A stretch of 64,000 nucleotides of DNA from Alphaproteobacteria bacterium (lineage in GTDB: Bacteria; Pseudomonadota; Alphaproteobacteria; JAAXGF01). The stretch covers positions 2,304,001 through 2,368,000 of the forward strand of contig CAUVXB020000001.1 in the NCBI GenBank assembly GCA_963555825.3, given 5' to 3'. Shown here piece by piece: positions 53,654 to 63,103 of the stretch. Below the pieces are notes generated by a model that was given only the letters and a program-made list of their open reading frames with translations, did no database searches and was not told the origin of the DNA. The first letter of the stretch is position 1. Each line of letters begins with the position of its first letter. Position numbers and translations under genes: made by a program.

Positions 53654-54370
53654 ATGAGCGAGAACCAGTGGGTCTGCGTGGTGTGCGGCTACAACATGAT
53701 CGGCGAGATGCCCGATGTCTGCCCGTTCTGCGGCGCGCGCCACGACAAGTTCGTCACCGCGGTGGAGGCCGAGCGGAGCTACCGCGTCACGTCGACCCGC
53801 GTGAACGAGCGCATCACCCAACTCATTTCGGTGCCGCGCCTCGGCATCGAGCACGCCGCGTACCGCATCGAGACCGACGGTGCGCCGATCTGGATCGACT
53901 GCCCGTCGGCGTTCAACCGCGAGCTCGAGCCGGTCTCGGCGATCTACTTCACCCATAAGGACTTCATGGGCGCCTGCAACCAATTCCGCGACCTGTGGGA
54001 CGCCAAAGTCGGCATCCACGCGCGCGACGCCGAGAATCCGTTGGCGCGACAGTTCCCGGTCGACGACGCGTTCACCGGCGGTTTCGAGGTGAACGGTCTC
54101 GAGGCGATCCACATCGGCGGCCACACGCCGGGCTTCACGATGTACGTCTTCGAGAACGTCCTGTTCGCCTGCGACTTCGCCTTCCCGCCGGGCCCAGAGA
54201 TGCGGCTCAACCCGTACAGCGACATGGACGCGATCCGGATCAGCGCACGCAATGTCCAGGCCATGATCGACGACCGCAGCGACACACTGACCACGGTGTG
54301 CGGCTACAACTACGTGGTCGATCTCGATGCTTGGCGGGGCGATTTCGATCGCCTGCTCGAGGCAGCGTAG
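53654..54370 (+). CDS. Rubredoxin-like domain fused to metallo-beta-lactamase fold
   Basis: WVCVVCGY...CPFCG; FTHKD, GGHTPG, LFACD. Confidence 0.75.
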   Translation: MSENQWVCVVCGYNMIGEMPDVCPFCGARHDKFVTAVEAERSYRVTSTRVNERITQLISVPRLGIEHAAYRIETDGAPIWIDCPSAFNRELEPVSAIYFTHKDFMGACNQFRDLWDAKVGIHARDAENPLARQFPVDDAFTGGFEVNGLEAIHIGGHTPGFTMYVFENVLFACDFAFPPGPEMRLNPYSDMDAIRISARNVQAMIDDRSDTLTTVCGYNYVVDLDAWRGDFDRLLEAA

Positions 54371-54385
54371 AGAGCGAGAACCGGC

Positions 54386-55168
54386 ATGGCGGCCGTCGAG
54401 CTATCCTACGAAATCACCGGCGTGGGGCCGCCACTCTACCTGGTCCACGGCATCGGTTCACGGAAGCTCGGCTGGGCCGGCTTGCTGCCGCACCTCGAGG
54501 ACCGCTTCACCTGCGTGACGTCGGATCTGCGCGGCCACGGCGCGAGCCCGGTGCCGGCGACGCCCTATTCACTCGACGACCTGGTCGCCGACCTCGAGGC
54601 GCTGCGCGCCACGCTCGGTCACGAGAAGATCCACGTCATCGGTCATTCGCTCGGCGGCATGATCGGACCGGCTTACGCCCGCGCCCATCCCGACCGCGCG
54701 CTGACGGTCGGCCTGTTGAGCACCGCGGCGGGCCGCACCGAAGAGGACCGCGCCAAGCTGCGCGGCGTGATCGCGGCGATGGAGGAAAGAGGCATCCGCC
54801 CGGTCCTCGATACCCTGGTGCAGCGCTGGTACACCGACGACTTCATCGCCGCGCACCCCGACCTGATCGATATACGCAAACAGCAGGTCGTCGACACGCC
54901 GGCCGAGGTCTTCCTGAACGTCTTCCGCATCTATGCGGCGACCGAGATGGCGCCCTGGCTGGGCGAGGTCGCCTGCCCCTGCCTGGTGCTGACCGGCGAA
55001 CTCGACGGCGCCTGCAGCCCGCGGCACAACCGCTTCATGGCGGAGACGCTGCCCGACGCCGAGCTGGTCATCCTCGACGGCCTCAAACACGCCATCCTGA
55101 TCGAGGGGCCCGACCGCGTCGGCCGCCACGTCCGCGACTTCCTGCTGCGCCGCGGCGGCGCGGGCTGA
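54386..55168 (+). CDS. Alpha/beta hydrolase (PcaD-like)
   Basis: VHGIG, DLRGHG, GHSLGG, GELD, KH. Confidence 0.88.
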   Translation: MAAVELSYEITGVGPPLYLVHGIGSRKLGWAGLLPHLEDRFTCVTSDLRGHGASPVPATPYSLDDLVADLEALRATLGHEKIHVIGHSLGGMIGPAYARAHPDRALTVGLLSTAAGRTEEDRAKLRGVIAAMEERGIRPVLDTLVQRWYTDDFIAAHPDLIDIRKQQVVDTPAEVFLNVFRIYAATEMAPWLGEVACPCLVLTGELDGACSPRHNRFMAETLPDAELVILDGLKHAILIEGPDRVGRHVRDFLLRRGGAG

Positions 55169-55174
55169 CGGGGG

Positions 55175-55990
55175 TTATGTGCGGGGCCGGCAGACGCGGC
55201 CGAACAGGTCGCGCTGCAGCGCCTCGTCGGCGATGACGCCGGGTTCCCCGCAATAGCTGAGCAGCGCGATGCAGCGCCACCGCGCGCCGCTGGGCGCCGT
55301 CACCCGGTGCAAGGCGTTGCGGCCCTGGAAGATCTGCAGGTCGCCGGGCCGGAGGTCGAGGTCGACGACGTTCTCGCCGCCGCCGGCGAGGACGGCCGAC
55401 ACCGCCGGGTGGTTTTCGTCCGCGTCGCTGCGGATGCCGGGCACGTACTGGAACACGCCACCCGCCTCGGGCTCGACGACAAGAACGGAGGCGATGAAGT
55501 GGGTCTCGTCGAAATGCCAGGGCAGCGCCTCGCCGGGCGCCTGAAAGCTGAGCGTGCAGGCCGCCAGCGGGTCGCCGTAAGGGTGGATTGAGGCGATGTC
55601 GAGGCATCGGCGGACGAAATCTTGAAACCGGCCCCACTCGTAGAGCGCCCGGACCGGCGAGGTAGGCGGGAAGTGATCATAGGCGAGGAAGCGGTTGGTT
55701 CGGTCGGAAATGACCCGGCCGGGGTGTCCGTCGGGCAGGTCGTCGGCACCCTCGGCGTGGTACGGCGGATAGGGCGAGAATCGACGGGTCGAGACATAGG
55801 CGTCTGCGCGTAGCGCCTCGCTCTCGCGGACCATGGCGTCGAGCGCCGTGGGCGTGACGAAGTCCTTGACCAGCGCGCAGCCGGTTTCGGCGAGCTGCGT
55901 CCGTGCCTGCTCGACGGTTCGACCGTAGGTCGGGTCGCTCGGCGCGTTCAGCGGGAACCGGTCTATATTGACGACGTCCGAAACTCTCAT
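55175..55990 (-). CDS. Fe(II)/2OG oxygenase, HalD/BesD-like family
   Basis: LPWHFD, GGVFQY, PGDLQIFQGRNALHRVT, distal Arg. Confidence 0.75.
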   Translation of the reverse strand: MRVSDVVNIDRFPLNAPSDPTYGRTVEQARTQLAETGCALVKDFVTPTALDAMVRESEALRADAYVSTRRFSPYPPYHAEGADDLPDGHPGRVISDRTNRFLAYDHFPPTSPVRALYEWGRFQDFVRRCLDIASIHPYGDPLAACTLSFQAPGEALPWHFDETHFIASVLVVEPEAGGVFQYVPGIRSDADENHPAVSAVLAGGGENVVDLDLRPGDLQIFQGRNALHRVTAPSGARWRCIALLSYCGEPGVIADEALQRDLFGRVCRPRT

Positions 55991-56136
55991 TCCGAGACCC
56001 TCTTCATCGAGGCACATGTTTCGCTCGCCTAGCGAGCGGGCGAAAGGTCCACAGACCACCGGATTGTCCTCCCGTCGGGTCGCGCAGGCAAGCGATCACG
56101 TCGTCCCGCCATGCCGGGCGCTCGATTTCGTTATTT

Positions 56137-56160
56137 ACATATGAACAGCTTTTCATTTAT
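56137..56160 (+). promoter_or_regulatory. SmtB/CzrA-type ArsR operator
   Basis: ACATATGAACAGCTTTTCATTTAT imperfect palindrome directly before the ArsR gene. Confidence 0.7.
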
Positions 56161-56169
56161 TGTTGCGAA

Positions 56170-56517
56170 ATGACGATCGATGCCGAGAACGACCACCATG
56201 CAGCGGCCGACGGGCCGCTCGACGAGGGCCAGACCGCGGATTTGGCTGAAATGTTCCGCCTGCTCGGCGACCCGACGCGGCTCTCGATCGTGCTCGCGAC
56301 GCTGCCGGGCGAAATCGCCGTCGCGGCCATCGCGCGGCGCATCGGCGCGTCGCCGTCGCTGGTCAGCCACCATCTGCGTCTGTTGCGCGGCGCGCGCATC
56401 GTGCGCGCCGAGCGGCGCGGCAAGCAGGTCTTCTACTCGACCGCCGATGGGCATATCCGCGACATGCTCAGCGACATGATCGAGCACGTCGGCGAGCCGC
56501 ATGAGGGCGCCGGATGA
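56170..56517 (+). CDS. ArsR/SmtB family metalloregulator
   Basis: FRLLGDPTRL, VSHHLRLLR, alpha5-type DGH...EH site. Confidence 0.9.
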   Translation: MTIDAENDHHAAADGPLDEGQTADLAEMFRLLGDPTRLSIVLATLPGEIAVAAIARRIGASPSLVSHHLRLLRGARIVRAERRGKQVFYSTADGHIRDMLSDMIEHVGEPHEGAG

Positions 56518-57188
56518 GCCAATGCTGCCCGCCCCCGCTCGTCGACGCCCATGCCGACACGCCATTGCGCGCGCGTCAGCGCCGCGCGCTGTGGATCGTG
56601 CTGGCGATCAACGCCACGATGTTCTTCGTCGAGATCGTCGCCGGCTGGGTCGCCGGCTCGACCGCGCTGTTGGCCGACGCGCTCGACTTCCTGGCCGATT
56701 CGGCGACCTACGGGCTGACGCTCTATGTGCTCGCCAAATCGCTGCGCTGGAAGGCGTCCGCGGCGCTCGCCAAGGGCGCCGCGATGGCGCTGTTCGGCGT
56801 CTGGGTGCTGACCGAGGCAGTGACGCGCGGGTTCGATCCGGCGCTGCCCGACGCGGCGATCATGGGCGGCGTCGGCGGGCTCGCGCTGGCCGCCAACCTG
56901 GCCTCTGCCGCGATCCTGTTCTGGCACCGCGGCGACGACCTCAACATGCGGTCGGTCTGGCTGTGCAGCCGCAACGACGCGATCGGCAATCTCGCGGTAT
57001 TGGCCGCGGCGGGCGGTGTGTTCGCGACCGCCACCGCCTGGCCCGACCTGGCCGTCGGCGGCATCATCGCGACGCTCGAACTCAGCGCCGGCGTTTCGAT
57101 CATTCGCCAAGCACTGCGTGAGCTGCGCACCGGCGGTCCCTTGACGGCTTCGGCGCGGTCGCCCGAACAGGTACGGGCGAATGACTGA
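56514..57188 (+). CDS. Cation diffusion facilitator (CzcD-like) transporter
   Basis: STALLADALDF, NMRSVWLCSRND, WPDL. Confidence 0.9.
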   Translation: MSQCCPPPLVDAHADTPLRARQRRALWIVLAINATMFFVEIVAGWVAGSTALLADALDFLADSATYGLTLYVLAKSLRWKASAALAKGAAMALFGVWVLTEAVTRGFDPALPDAAIMGGVGGLALAANLASAAILFWHRGDDLNMRSVWLCSRNDAIGNLAVLAAAGGVFATATAWPDLAVGGIIATLELSAGVSIIRQALRELRTGGPLTASARSPEQVRAND

Positions 57189-57657
57189 GGGCCGCGCCGA
57201 GCAGGACCGCCATCCCTTCGTTCCGCCGCCGCCATTCGTCTACGCTGGCTTCTTTGTGGTCGGGCTGGGCCTCGATTACCTCTGGCCCCTGCCCGTGCTT
57301 GCCGCGACGGTGCAATACGGCGTCGGCTTCGCGCTGGTCGCCGCGGGCCTTGCACTGTTCAGGCTGACGTTGCGGGAATTCGCCAAGGCCGGGACCAGCG
57401 TCGATCACCGCAAGCCGACGACGGCGGTCATCACGTCGGGGCCGTTCGCGCGCTCGCGCAACCCGGTCTACGTCAGCATGACGCTGTGCTTCGTCGGCGC
57501 GGCGGTTGCGCTCGACGGACCCCTGGTGCTGGCCATGGTGGCGCCCGCCGTCGCCGTCATCCACGGCTTCGTCATCCGGCGCGAGGAGGCGTACATGGCG
57601 CAGAAGTTCGGCGTGGATTACGAGCGTTACACCGAGACAGTCAGGCGCTGGATTTGA
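57181..57657 (+). CDS. Isoprenylcysteine carboxyl methyltransferase family protein
   Basis: GPFARSRNPVY, REEAYMAQKFG.DYERY...VRRWI. Confidence 0.88.
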   Translation: MTEGRAEQDRHPFVPPPPFVYAGFFVVGLGLDYLWPLPVLAATVQYGVGFALVAAGLALFRLTLREFAKAGTSVDHRKPTTAVITSGPFARSRNPVYVSMTLCFVGAAVALDGPLVLAMVAPAVAVIHGFVIRREEAYMAQKFGVDYERYTETVRRWI

Positions 57658-57664
57658 ACCCCGA

Positions 57665-59053
57665 TCAGACGTCGCCGTCGTCCTTGAGCATGGCGATCGC
57701 GCCGCGCAGCGCCGCGATGGTTTGCGCCACGTCTTCGTCGCTGTGGGCAGTCGAGAGCACGCCCGAAGCGCGGGCGTTGAGATCGACGCCGTGCACCAGC
57801 ATGGCGAGGCGCAGCTTGCGCACCGCTTCCGGCGAACTCGCGCCGATCTGCTGCCAGGGAAGGCTCGTGGCGTCGAACCGCGTCGGCGCGAAGTCGAGCC
57901 GCGCCGGGTTGGTGAACAGATGGACGCCCGAGATGTCGCCATAGAACGCCCAGGGCACGCCCGCGCTCTCGAGCACCTCGTTGAGCCCGGCGCGAAGCGA
58001 TGCGGCGGTGGCGTTGGCCCGCGCGCAGGCATCCGTCGAGGCGATGATGTCCAGCGCGGCGATGCCGGCCGTCGCACAAACCGGGTTGGCGTTGAAGGTG
58101 CCGTAGTGCGCGATCTTCTCGACGCCGGCATCGCGCGTCGCCTCATGGTCGAGCCGATCGAGGATGCCCTTACGACCGACGACCGCGCCGCCGGGCAGGC
58201 CGCCAGCCAGGATCTTGGCGAGTGCGGTCAGGTCAGGCGTCACGCCAAGGTGTTCCTGCGCGCCGCCCGGTGCGACGCGGAAGCCGGTCACCACCTCGTC
58301 GAAGATCAGCACGGCGCCGTGTCGCGTGCACAGCTCGCGCGCCGCGGCCACATAGCCGGGCGGCAACGGGATGACGCCGAAGTACGCGCCGGTCGGCTCG
58401 AAGATGACCGCCGCGATATCGTCGTCGCCGGCAAGCGCGGCCTCGAGCGCGGCGCTGTCGCCAGGCGGCAGCAGCACGACCTGCTCGGCGACGCCCGACA
58501 GCACGCCGGGTGCGGCGACGTCATGGACTTCCGGTCCGGCGCCGCCCGCCATGTGATCGTGCCAACCGTGGAAATGCGTGTTCAGCCGCACCACCTTGCG
58601 CCGCCCGGTATGCGCGCGGGCAAGCCGCAGGGCGAGATGCGTGGCCTCGGTGCCCGACGCGGTGAAGCGCAGGCGCTCGGCGCCCGGCATCAGCCTGCGC
58701 ACCGCCTCGGCCCAGCGGATTTCGAGTTCGTGGTTGGCGCCGAAGTGGCTGCCGTGGTCGAGCGCGCCATGGATCGCGGCCAGCACGTCCGGATGATTGT
58801 GGCCGAGCAGCAACGCGCCGTGGCCGCCGAAGTAGTCGATGTATTGGTTGCCGTCGACGTCCCATTTGTGCGCGCCCTCGGCCCGCTCGACGTAGATGCC
58901 GTAAGGATCGAGATGGCGGCTATCGTGGGTGACACCGCTCGGGAACAGCAAGTTCGCCTCGCGCGCCAGCCGTTCGGACGACGGCGTCTTCTCGCGATAG
59001 GCCGTGACGATCATCGAATTCGACAGCGCGGGGGACGGCAGCGGGTCGGTCAT
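57665..59053 (-). CDS. Class III aminotransferase (glutamate-1-semialdehyde aminomutase-like)
   Basis: WDVDGNQYIDY, SGTEA, FHGWHD, FDEVVTGFR, AKILAGGLP, GTFNANP. Confidence 0.9.
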   Translation of the reverse strand: MTDPLPSPALSNSMIVTAYREKTPSSERLAREANLLFPSGVTHDSRHLDPYGIYVERAEGAHKWDVDGNQYIDYFGGHGALLLGHNHPDVLAAIHGALDHGSHFGANHELEIRWAEAVRRLMPGAERLRFTASGTEATHLALRLARAHTGRRKVVRLNTHFHGWHDHMAGGAGPEVHDVAAPGVLSGVAEQVVLLPPGDSAALEAALAGDDDIAAVIFEPTGAYFGVIPLPPGYVAAARELCTRHGAVLIFDEVVTGFRVAPGGAQEHLGVTPDLTALAKILAGGLPGGAVVGRKGILDRLDHEATRDAGVEKIAHYGTFNANPVCATAGIAALDIIASTDACARANATAASLRAGLNEVLESAGVPWAFYGDISGVHLFTNPARLDFAPTRFDATSLPWQQIGASSPEAVRKLRLAMLVHGVDLNARASGVLSTAHSDEDVAQTIAALRGAIAMLKDDGDV

Positions 59054-59090
59054 GGTGTCCTGAACCTCTTCTCCAAAGCCGGGAGCCTAG

Positions 59091-59516
59091 TCACCTTTTT
59101 TGCGCGTGGCTAAGGGATTCTATGCCGAAATCTTCCGGCATCCGCGCCAGATGCGCCGGGCAGCGCCGGCAATCGGTACTGCCGAAGCCGGCCAACGGGA
59201 CGGTGGCGCCCGGCACGGCCTGAAGCCGCGCGAACAGGTCGCATTCGGCGCCGTCGGGTGCCGCGTATATGGCGACGATGCGGCCGGCCCCGGTCAGGCG
59301 GTCGATATGCCAGCGTATGGCTTTGTCCTGCCGTCGGTGCCGACCGACCCGCGCGCGCAAGCCGCCCGGGCCATGGGCGCTGCCGCAGTAGGCAAAGCGG
59401 CCGGCCGGCAACACCGCGCCGGGCAGCGTCGCGATGTCGAGCGCCAGCGGGCGCGCGAGATCGGCGATCAGGACATAGGCGCCGGGCGCCGCGGTGATGA
59501 CCGACACGGCACTCAT
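59091..59516 (-). CDS. GIY-YIG (DUF123) nuclease-like protein
   Basis: GAYVL, AYCGSA.GPGGL..RV.RH, RWHID, GFGSTDC..C..HL. Confidence 0.85.
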   Translation of the reverse strand: MSAVSVITAAPGAYVLIADLARPLALDIATLPGAVLPAGRFAYCGSAHGPGGLRARVGRHRRQDKAIRWHIDRLTGAGRIVAIYAAPDGAECDLFARLQAVPGATVPLAGFGSTDCRRCPAHLARMPEDFGIESLSHAQKR

Positions 59517-59524
59517 ACCAAGAA

Positions 59525-60085
59525 TCAGCCCGCGGCCGATCGCGCGATGCCTTCGAGCACGTCGGCGACCAGCGCGCCGAGTGGGCGCTCGCCATCGAGC
59601 CGGATCACCGGGCATTGCAGTTGCGCGCGCCAGGCCTCGTGCTTCGGACGGCTGCGGCCCTCGCGCGTGCCGTCGTCGTAGTGGGCGGCCCATTCGACGA
59701 AGGCCTCGTGCTCGTCGTGCATCGCGCCGCCGGGCGCCAACGCGTCCCAGCCGAAATCGCGCAGCGCGCGCGCGCGCTGCCGCTCGATACGCGCCGCGGT
59801 CGGCACGGTCAGGAAGACGACCGCGTCGAACAGCGCGGTCAACGGTTCGCCCCATCCGCCGATCGAGCCCGAGAGCACCCACGCCGGCGCGTCACGCAGC
59901 GCCTGGTCGATCAGCCGCAGCCGCTCGACCGGATCACGCTCCTCGCGATAGGGCGGGTCGGTCGGCAACCAGTAGAAGTCGTCGGTATCGTGGTGCGGGC
60001 AACCGAAGGTCTCGGCCAGCGCGGCGCCGAGCGTCGTGGTGCCCGAGCCCGAGGCGCCGGTGATGTGGATCCGCCCCGTCACCAT
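59525..60085 (-). CDS. Adenylate kinase-like P-loop protein
   Basis: IHITGASGSGTTT, DTDDFYW, WVLSGS. Confidence 0.85.
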   Translation of the reverse strand: MVTGRIHITGASGSGTTTLGAALAETFGCPHHDTDDFYWLPTDPPYREERDPVERLRLIDQALRDAPAWVLSGSIGGWGEPLTALFDAVVFLTVPTAARIERQRARALRDFGWDALAPGGAMHDEHEAFVEWAAHYDDGTREGRSRPKHEAWRAQLQCPVIRLDGERPLGALVADVLEGIARSAAG

Positions 60086-60094
60086 GCGGCTAAC

Positions 60095-60259
60095 GCATAA
60101 TCCGATCGAATGGAACCGATCGGATTATGCCAGCCCGCGCCAGTCTTATTGGGACAAGAGGCGGGCCGCCGACCGTTCGGCCAGCTTTGATTCCACAAGA
60201 TTGGCATGCGCGGCGATTGAGCGCAGGTCATCTTCACGAAGTGAAGGTGACCGCACAAA
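60095..60259. repeat. 165-nt structured intergenic repeat, copy 2
   Basis: Homologous to 32874-33038. Confidence 0.85.
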
Positions 60260-60263
60260 TTCT

Positions 60264-61389
60264 CTAGCCCGTCGCGTCGGCGCGGCCCTCACCGGAGACG
60301 CGGGCGGCCAGCGCCGCGGCCATGAAGTCGTCGAGCCCGCCGTCGAGCACGGCGCCGGTGTTGCCGGTCTCGACGCCGGTGCGCAGGTCCTTGACCATCT
60401 GGTAAGGGTGCAGCACGTAGGAGCGGATCTGGTGGCCCCAGCCGATGTCGCTCTTGGCAGCGGCATGGGCCTGCACCTCTTCCTCACGCTTCTGCAACTC
60501 GATCTCGTAGAGCCTGGCGCGCAGCATGGCCATCGCCGCGGCGCGGTTGCGGTGCTGCGAGCGGTTGGTCTGGCACTGTACGACGATGCCCGAAGGCAAA
60601 TGCGTCAGACGCACCGCGCTGTCGGTCTTGTTGACGTGCTGGCCGCCGGCGCCCGACGCGCGGTAGGTGTCGACGCGCAGGTCCTTGTCGGCGATCTCGA
60701 CCTCGATGGTGTCGTCGATCACCGGGTAGACCCAGACGCTGGCGAAGCTGGTGTGCCGTCGGGAGCTCGAATCGTAGGGCGAAATGCGCACTAGCCGATG
60801 CACGCCGCTCTCGGTCTTGCACCAACCATAAGCGTTGGGGCCGCTGACGCGCACCGTGGCCGACTTGATGCCGGCCTCCTCGCCGAGGCTCTCGGCGATC
60901 CATTCGATCTTGTATTCGTGCCGCTCGGCCCAGCGCAGGTACATGCGTATCAGCATCTCGGCCCAGTCCTGGCTCTCGGTGCCGCCGGCGCCGGCGTGGA
61001 CCTCGAGATAGCAGTCGTTGCCATCGGCCTCGCCCGACAGGAGCGCCTCGAGACGCAGCCGCGCCGCGCGCCGGGACATCTTGCGCAGCGCCGCGACCGC
61101 CTCGTCGACGACCGCCTCCTCTTCCTCGGCCTCGCCGAGGGCGGCCAGCTCGATGTTGTCGGAGAGCTCTTGTTCGAGGGCGCGGTAGGACGTGATCGTG
61201 TTGTCGAGGCGGGTGCGCTCGCGCATCACGGCCTGGGCGGCTTGCGGGTCGTCCCACAGCGCCGGGTCCTCGGCCCGAATGCTCAGTTCATCGAGCCGGG
61301 CGAGCGCTGCGTCCCAGTCAAAGGTGCCTCCTCAGCAGTTCGAGCGACTGCTTGATCTCGTCGGCGAATGTTTCGACCTCGGCGCGCAT
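60264..61389 (-). CDS. prfB: Peptide chain release factor 2 (programmed +1 frameshift)
   Basis: AGGAGG-CAC-CTT-TGA-C shift site at 61317-61332; [19 protein letters not shown]. Confidence 0.97.
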
Positions 61390-61527
61390 GTCCGCCTCGT
61401 TGCCTGTCAATGTCCGTGTGAATTCTGGCCGCGTGTATAGCGCGCCCCGCGCTGCGAAGGAAGCCTTGAGCCGCCGTCGATCGCGCGGCCGCTGTGCTAT
61501 CGTCGCGCCGGCGGACCCGCGGGCGGC

Positions 61528-62856
61528 ATGACGGAGGACACCGAGATGACCAGATACGCGCGTTCGGAAGCGCTGTTCGAGGAGGCCCGTTCCGTGGTCG
61601 CCGGCGGCGTCAACAGCAACGTCCGCTATGACGCCGCGCCGGTGCCGCTGTTCTTCACCCGCGCCGAAGGCGCCTATCTCTACGACGTCGACGGCAACGA
61701 CTACGTCGACTACCAGCTCGGCAACGGGCCGGCGATCCTGGGTCACGCGCCGCCCGCGGTGACCGACGCGGTTGGCCAGTCGCTGGCGTTGGGTCAGGTT
61801 TACGCCGGCCAGCACGAAGCCGAGATCGCACTCGCCCGGCGCATCGCCGGCGCCGTGCCCTGCGCCGAACTGGTACGCCTCAACGTCACCGGATCGGAGG
61901 CCATCCACGCCGCGATGAGGTTGGCGCGCGCCCATACCGGCCGCCAGAAAATCGTCAAGTTCGAGGGCCACTACCACGGCTGGATCGACAACGTCTCCTA
62001 CAGCGTCAAACCGCCGCTCAACGCCGCCGGGCCGGAGAGTGACCCGGTCGCGGTGCCGATGGGGCCGGGCCAGGCGGATAGCGCCGTGGGCGACGTGATC
62101 GTGCTGCCCTGGAACGACGCCGACGCACTCGACGCGGCACTGGCGCGCGACGGCGCGGCGGTCGCCGCCGTGGTCATGGAACCGATCATGTGCAACTCAG
62201 GCGTCATCCCGCCGCGGCCCGGCTACCTCGCCCGGGTGCGCGAGATCTGCGACGCCCATGGCGTGGTGCTGGTCTTCGACGAGGTCATCACGGGGTTCCG
62301 CGTCGCGCTCGGCGGCGCCCAGGCGCTGTGCGGCGTGACGCCCGACCTGGCGGTCTTCGCCAAGTCGATCGCCGGCGGCCTGCCGTTGAGCGCGGTCGCC
62401 GGCCGCGCCGACATCATGCGACTGCTCGAACCGGGCAACGTCGTGCACGCCGGCACCAACAACGGCAATGTCGCCTGCGTCGCCGCCGCGCTCGCGACGA
62501 TGACCGAACTCGCGCGCGACGGCGGCGCCGCCTACCGCGTCATGACCACGCTCGGCACCGGGCTGATGGCCGAGTTGGGCGCGCTCGCCAAAACCCACGG
62601 CCGACGTCTCCTGGCCCAAGGACCGGGGCCGATCTTCTCCATCGCCTTCACCGACCAGACGGCGATCGGTGATTATCGCGATCACTGCGGCGCCGATCAC
62701 GCGTTGATGGCGCGCTTCGCCGACGGCCTCCAGGCCGCCGGCGTGCGGGTCGGCCGGCGCGGTACTTTCTTCATGTCGACAATGCACGGCGCACGGGAAG
62801 TCGAACGGACGCTCGCCGCCGCCGACGCCGCCTTTCGTGGCCTGGCTGAGGCATAG
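61528..62856 (+). CDS. Class III aminotransferase (HemL/GSA-like)
   Basis: GGVNS, YDVDGNDYVDY, KFEGHYHG, FDEVITGFR, AKSIAGGLP. Confidence 0.9.
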   Translation: MTEDTEMTRYARSEALFEEARSVVAGGVNSNVRYDAAPVPLFFTRAEGAYLYDVDGNDYVDYQLGNGPAILGHAPPAVTDAVGQSLALGQVYAGQHEAEIALARRIAGAVPCAELVRLNVTGSEAIHAAMRLARAHTGRQKIVKFEGHYHGWIDNVSYSVKPPLNAAGPESDPVAVPMGPGQADSAVGDVIVLPWNDADALDAALARDGAAVAAVVMEPIMCNSGVIPPRPGYLARVREICDAHGVVLVFDEVITGFRVALGGAQALCGVTPDLAVFAKSIAGGLPLSAVAGRADIMRLLEPGNVVHAGTNNGNVACVAAALATMTELARDGGAAYRVMTTLGTGLMAELGALAKTHGRRLLAQGPGPIFSIAFTDQTAIGDYRDHCGADHALMARFADGLQAAGVRVGRRGTFFMSTMHGAREVERTLAAADAAFRGLAEA

Positions 62857-62894
62857 GATATCAAGCGCCAGGCAGCCCGGACGCCGTGATTAAT

Positions 62895-63037
62895 GGGGTC
62901 AGACTCCTTTTTCAATTATCAATTCTAGACGGTTATAAAAGTGTCTGACACCGTTTACCTGGTGTAGACATAAATTAATGGTGTCAGACATCGTTTTATA
63001 TTCATAATATCAACCATTAATTAAGGAGTCTGACACC
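62895..63037. repeat. Cluster of four GGTGTCWGACACC-type palindromes in an AT-rich spacer
   Basis: Copies at 62895, 62940, 62980, 63025; outer pair GGGGTCAGACTCCTT / AAGGAGTCTGACACC inverted. Confidence 0.7.
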
Positions 63038-63103
63038 AATAGCTGCTAACACCAACAGTTGGTACCGTTGCTCATCGATGGCGCGTGGTCGAGCTTGGGG
63101 CGT

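Noticed and set aside
61317-61332. Frameshift in prfB
   Set aside because: Well-known programmed +1 autoregulatory frameshift; neither novel nor an error
57665-62856. Assigning hemL to either class III aminotransferase
   Set aside because: Both are divergent GSA-like paralogs, and alphaproteobacteria usually make ALA by the Shemin route; substrate cannot be inferred
62895-63037. Possible CRISPR array
   Set aside because: Repeats are ~13 nt, degenerate and alternate in orientation; no cas genes in the window
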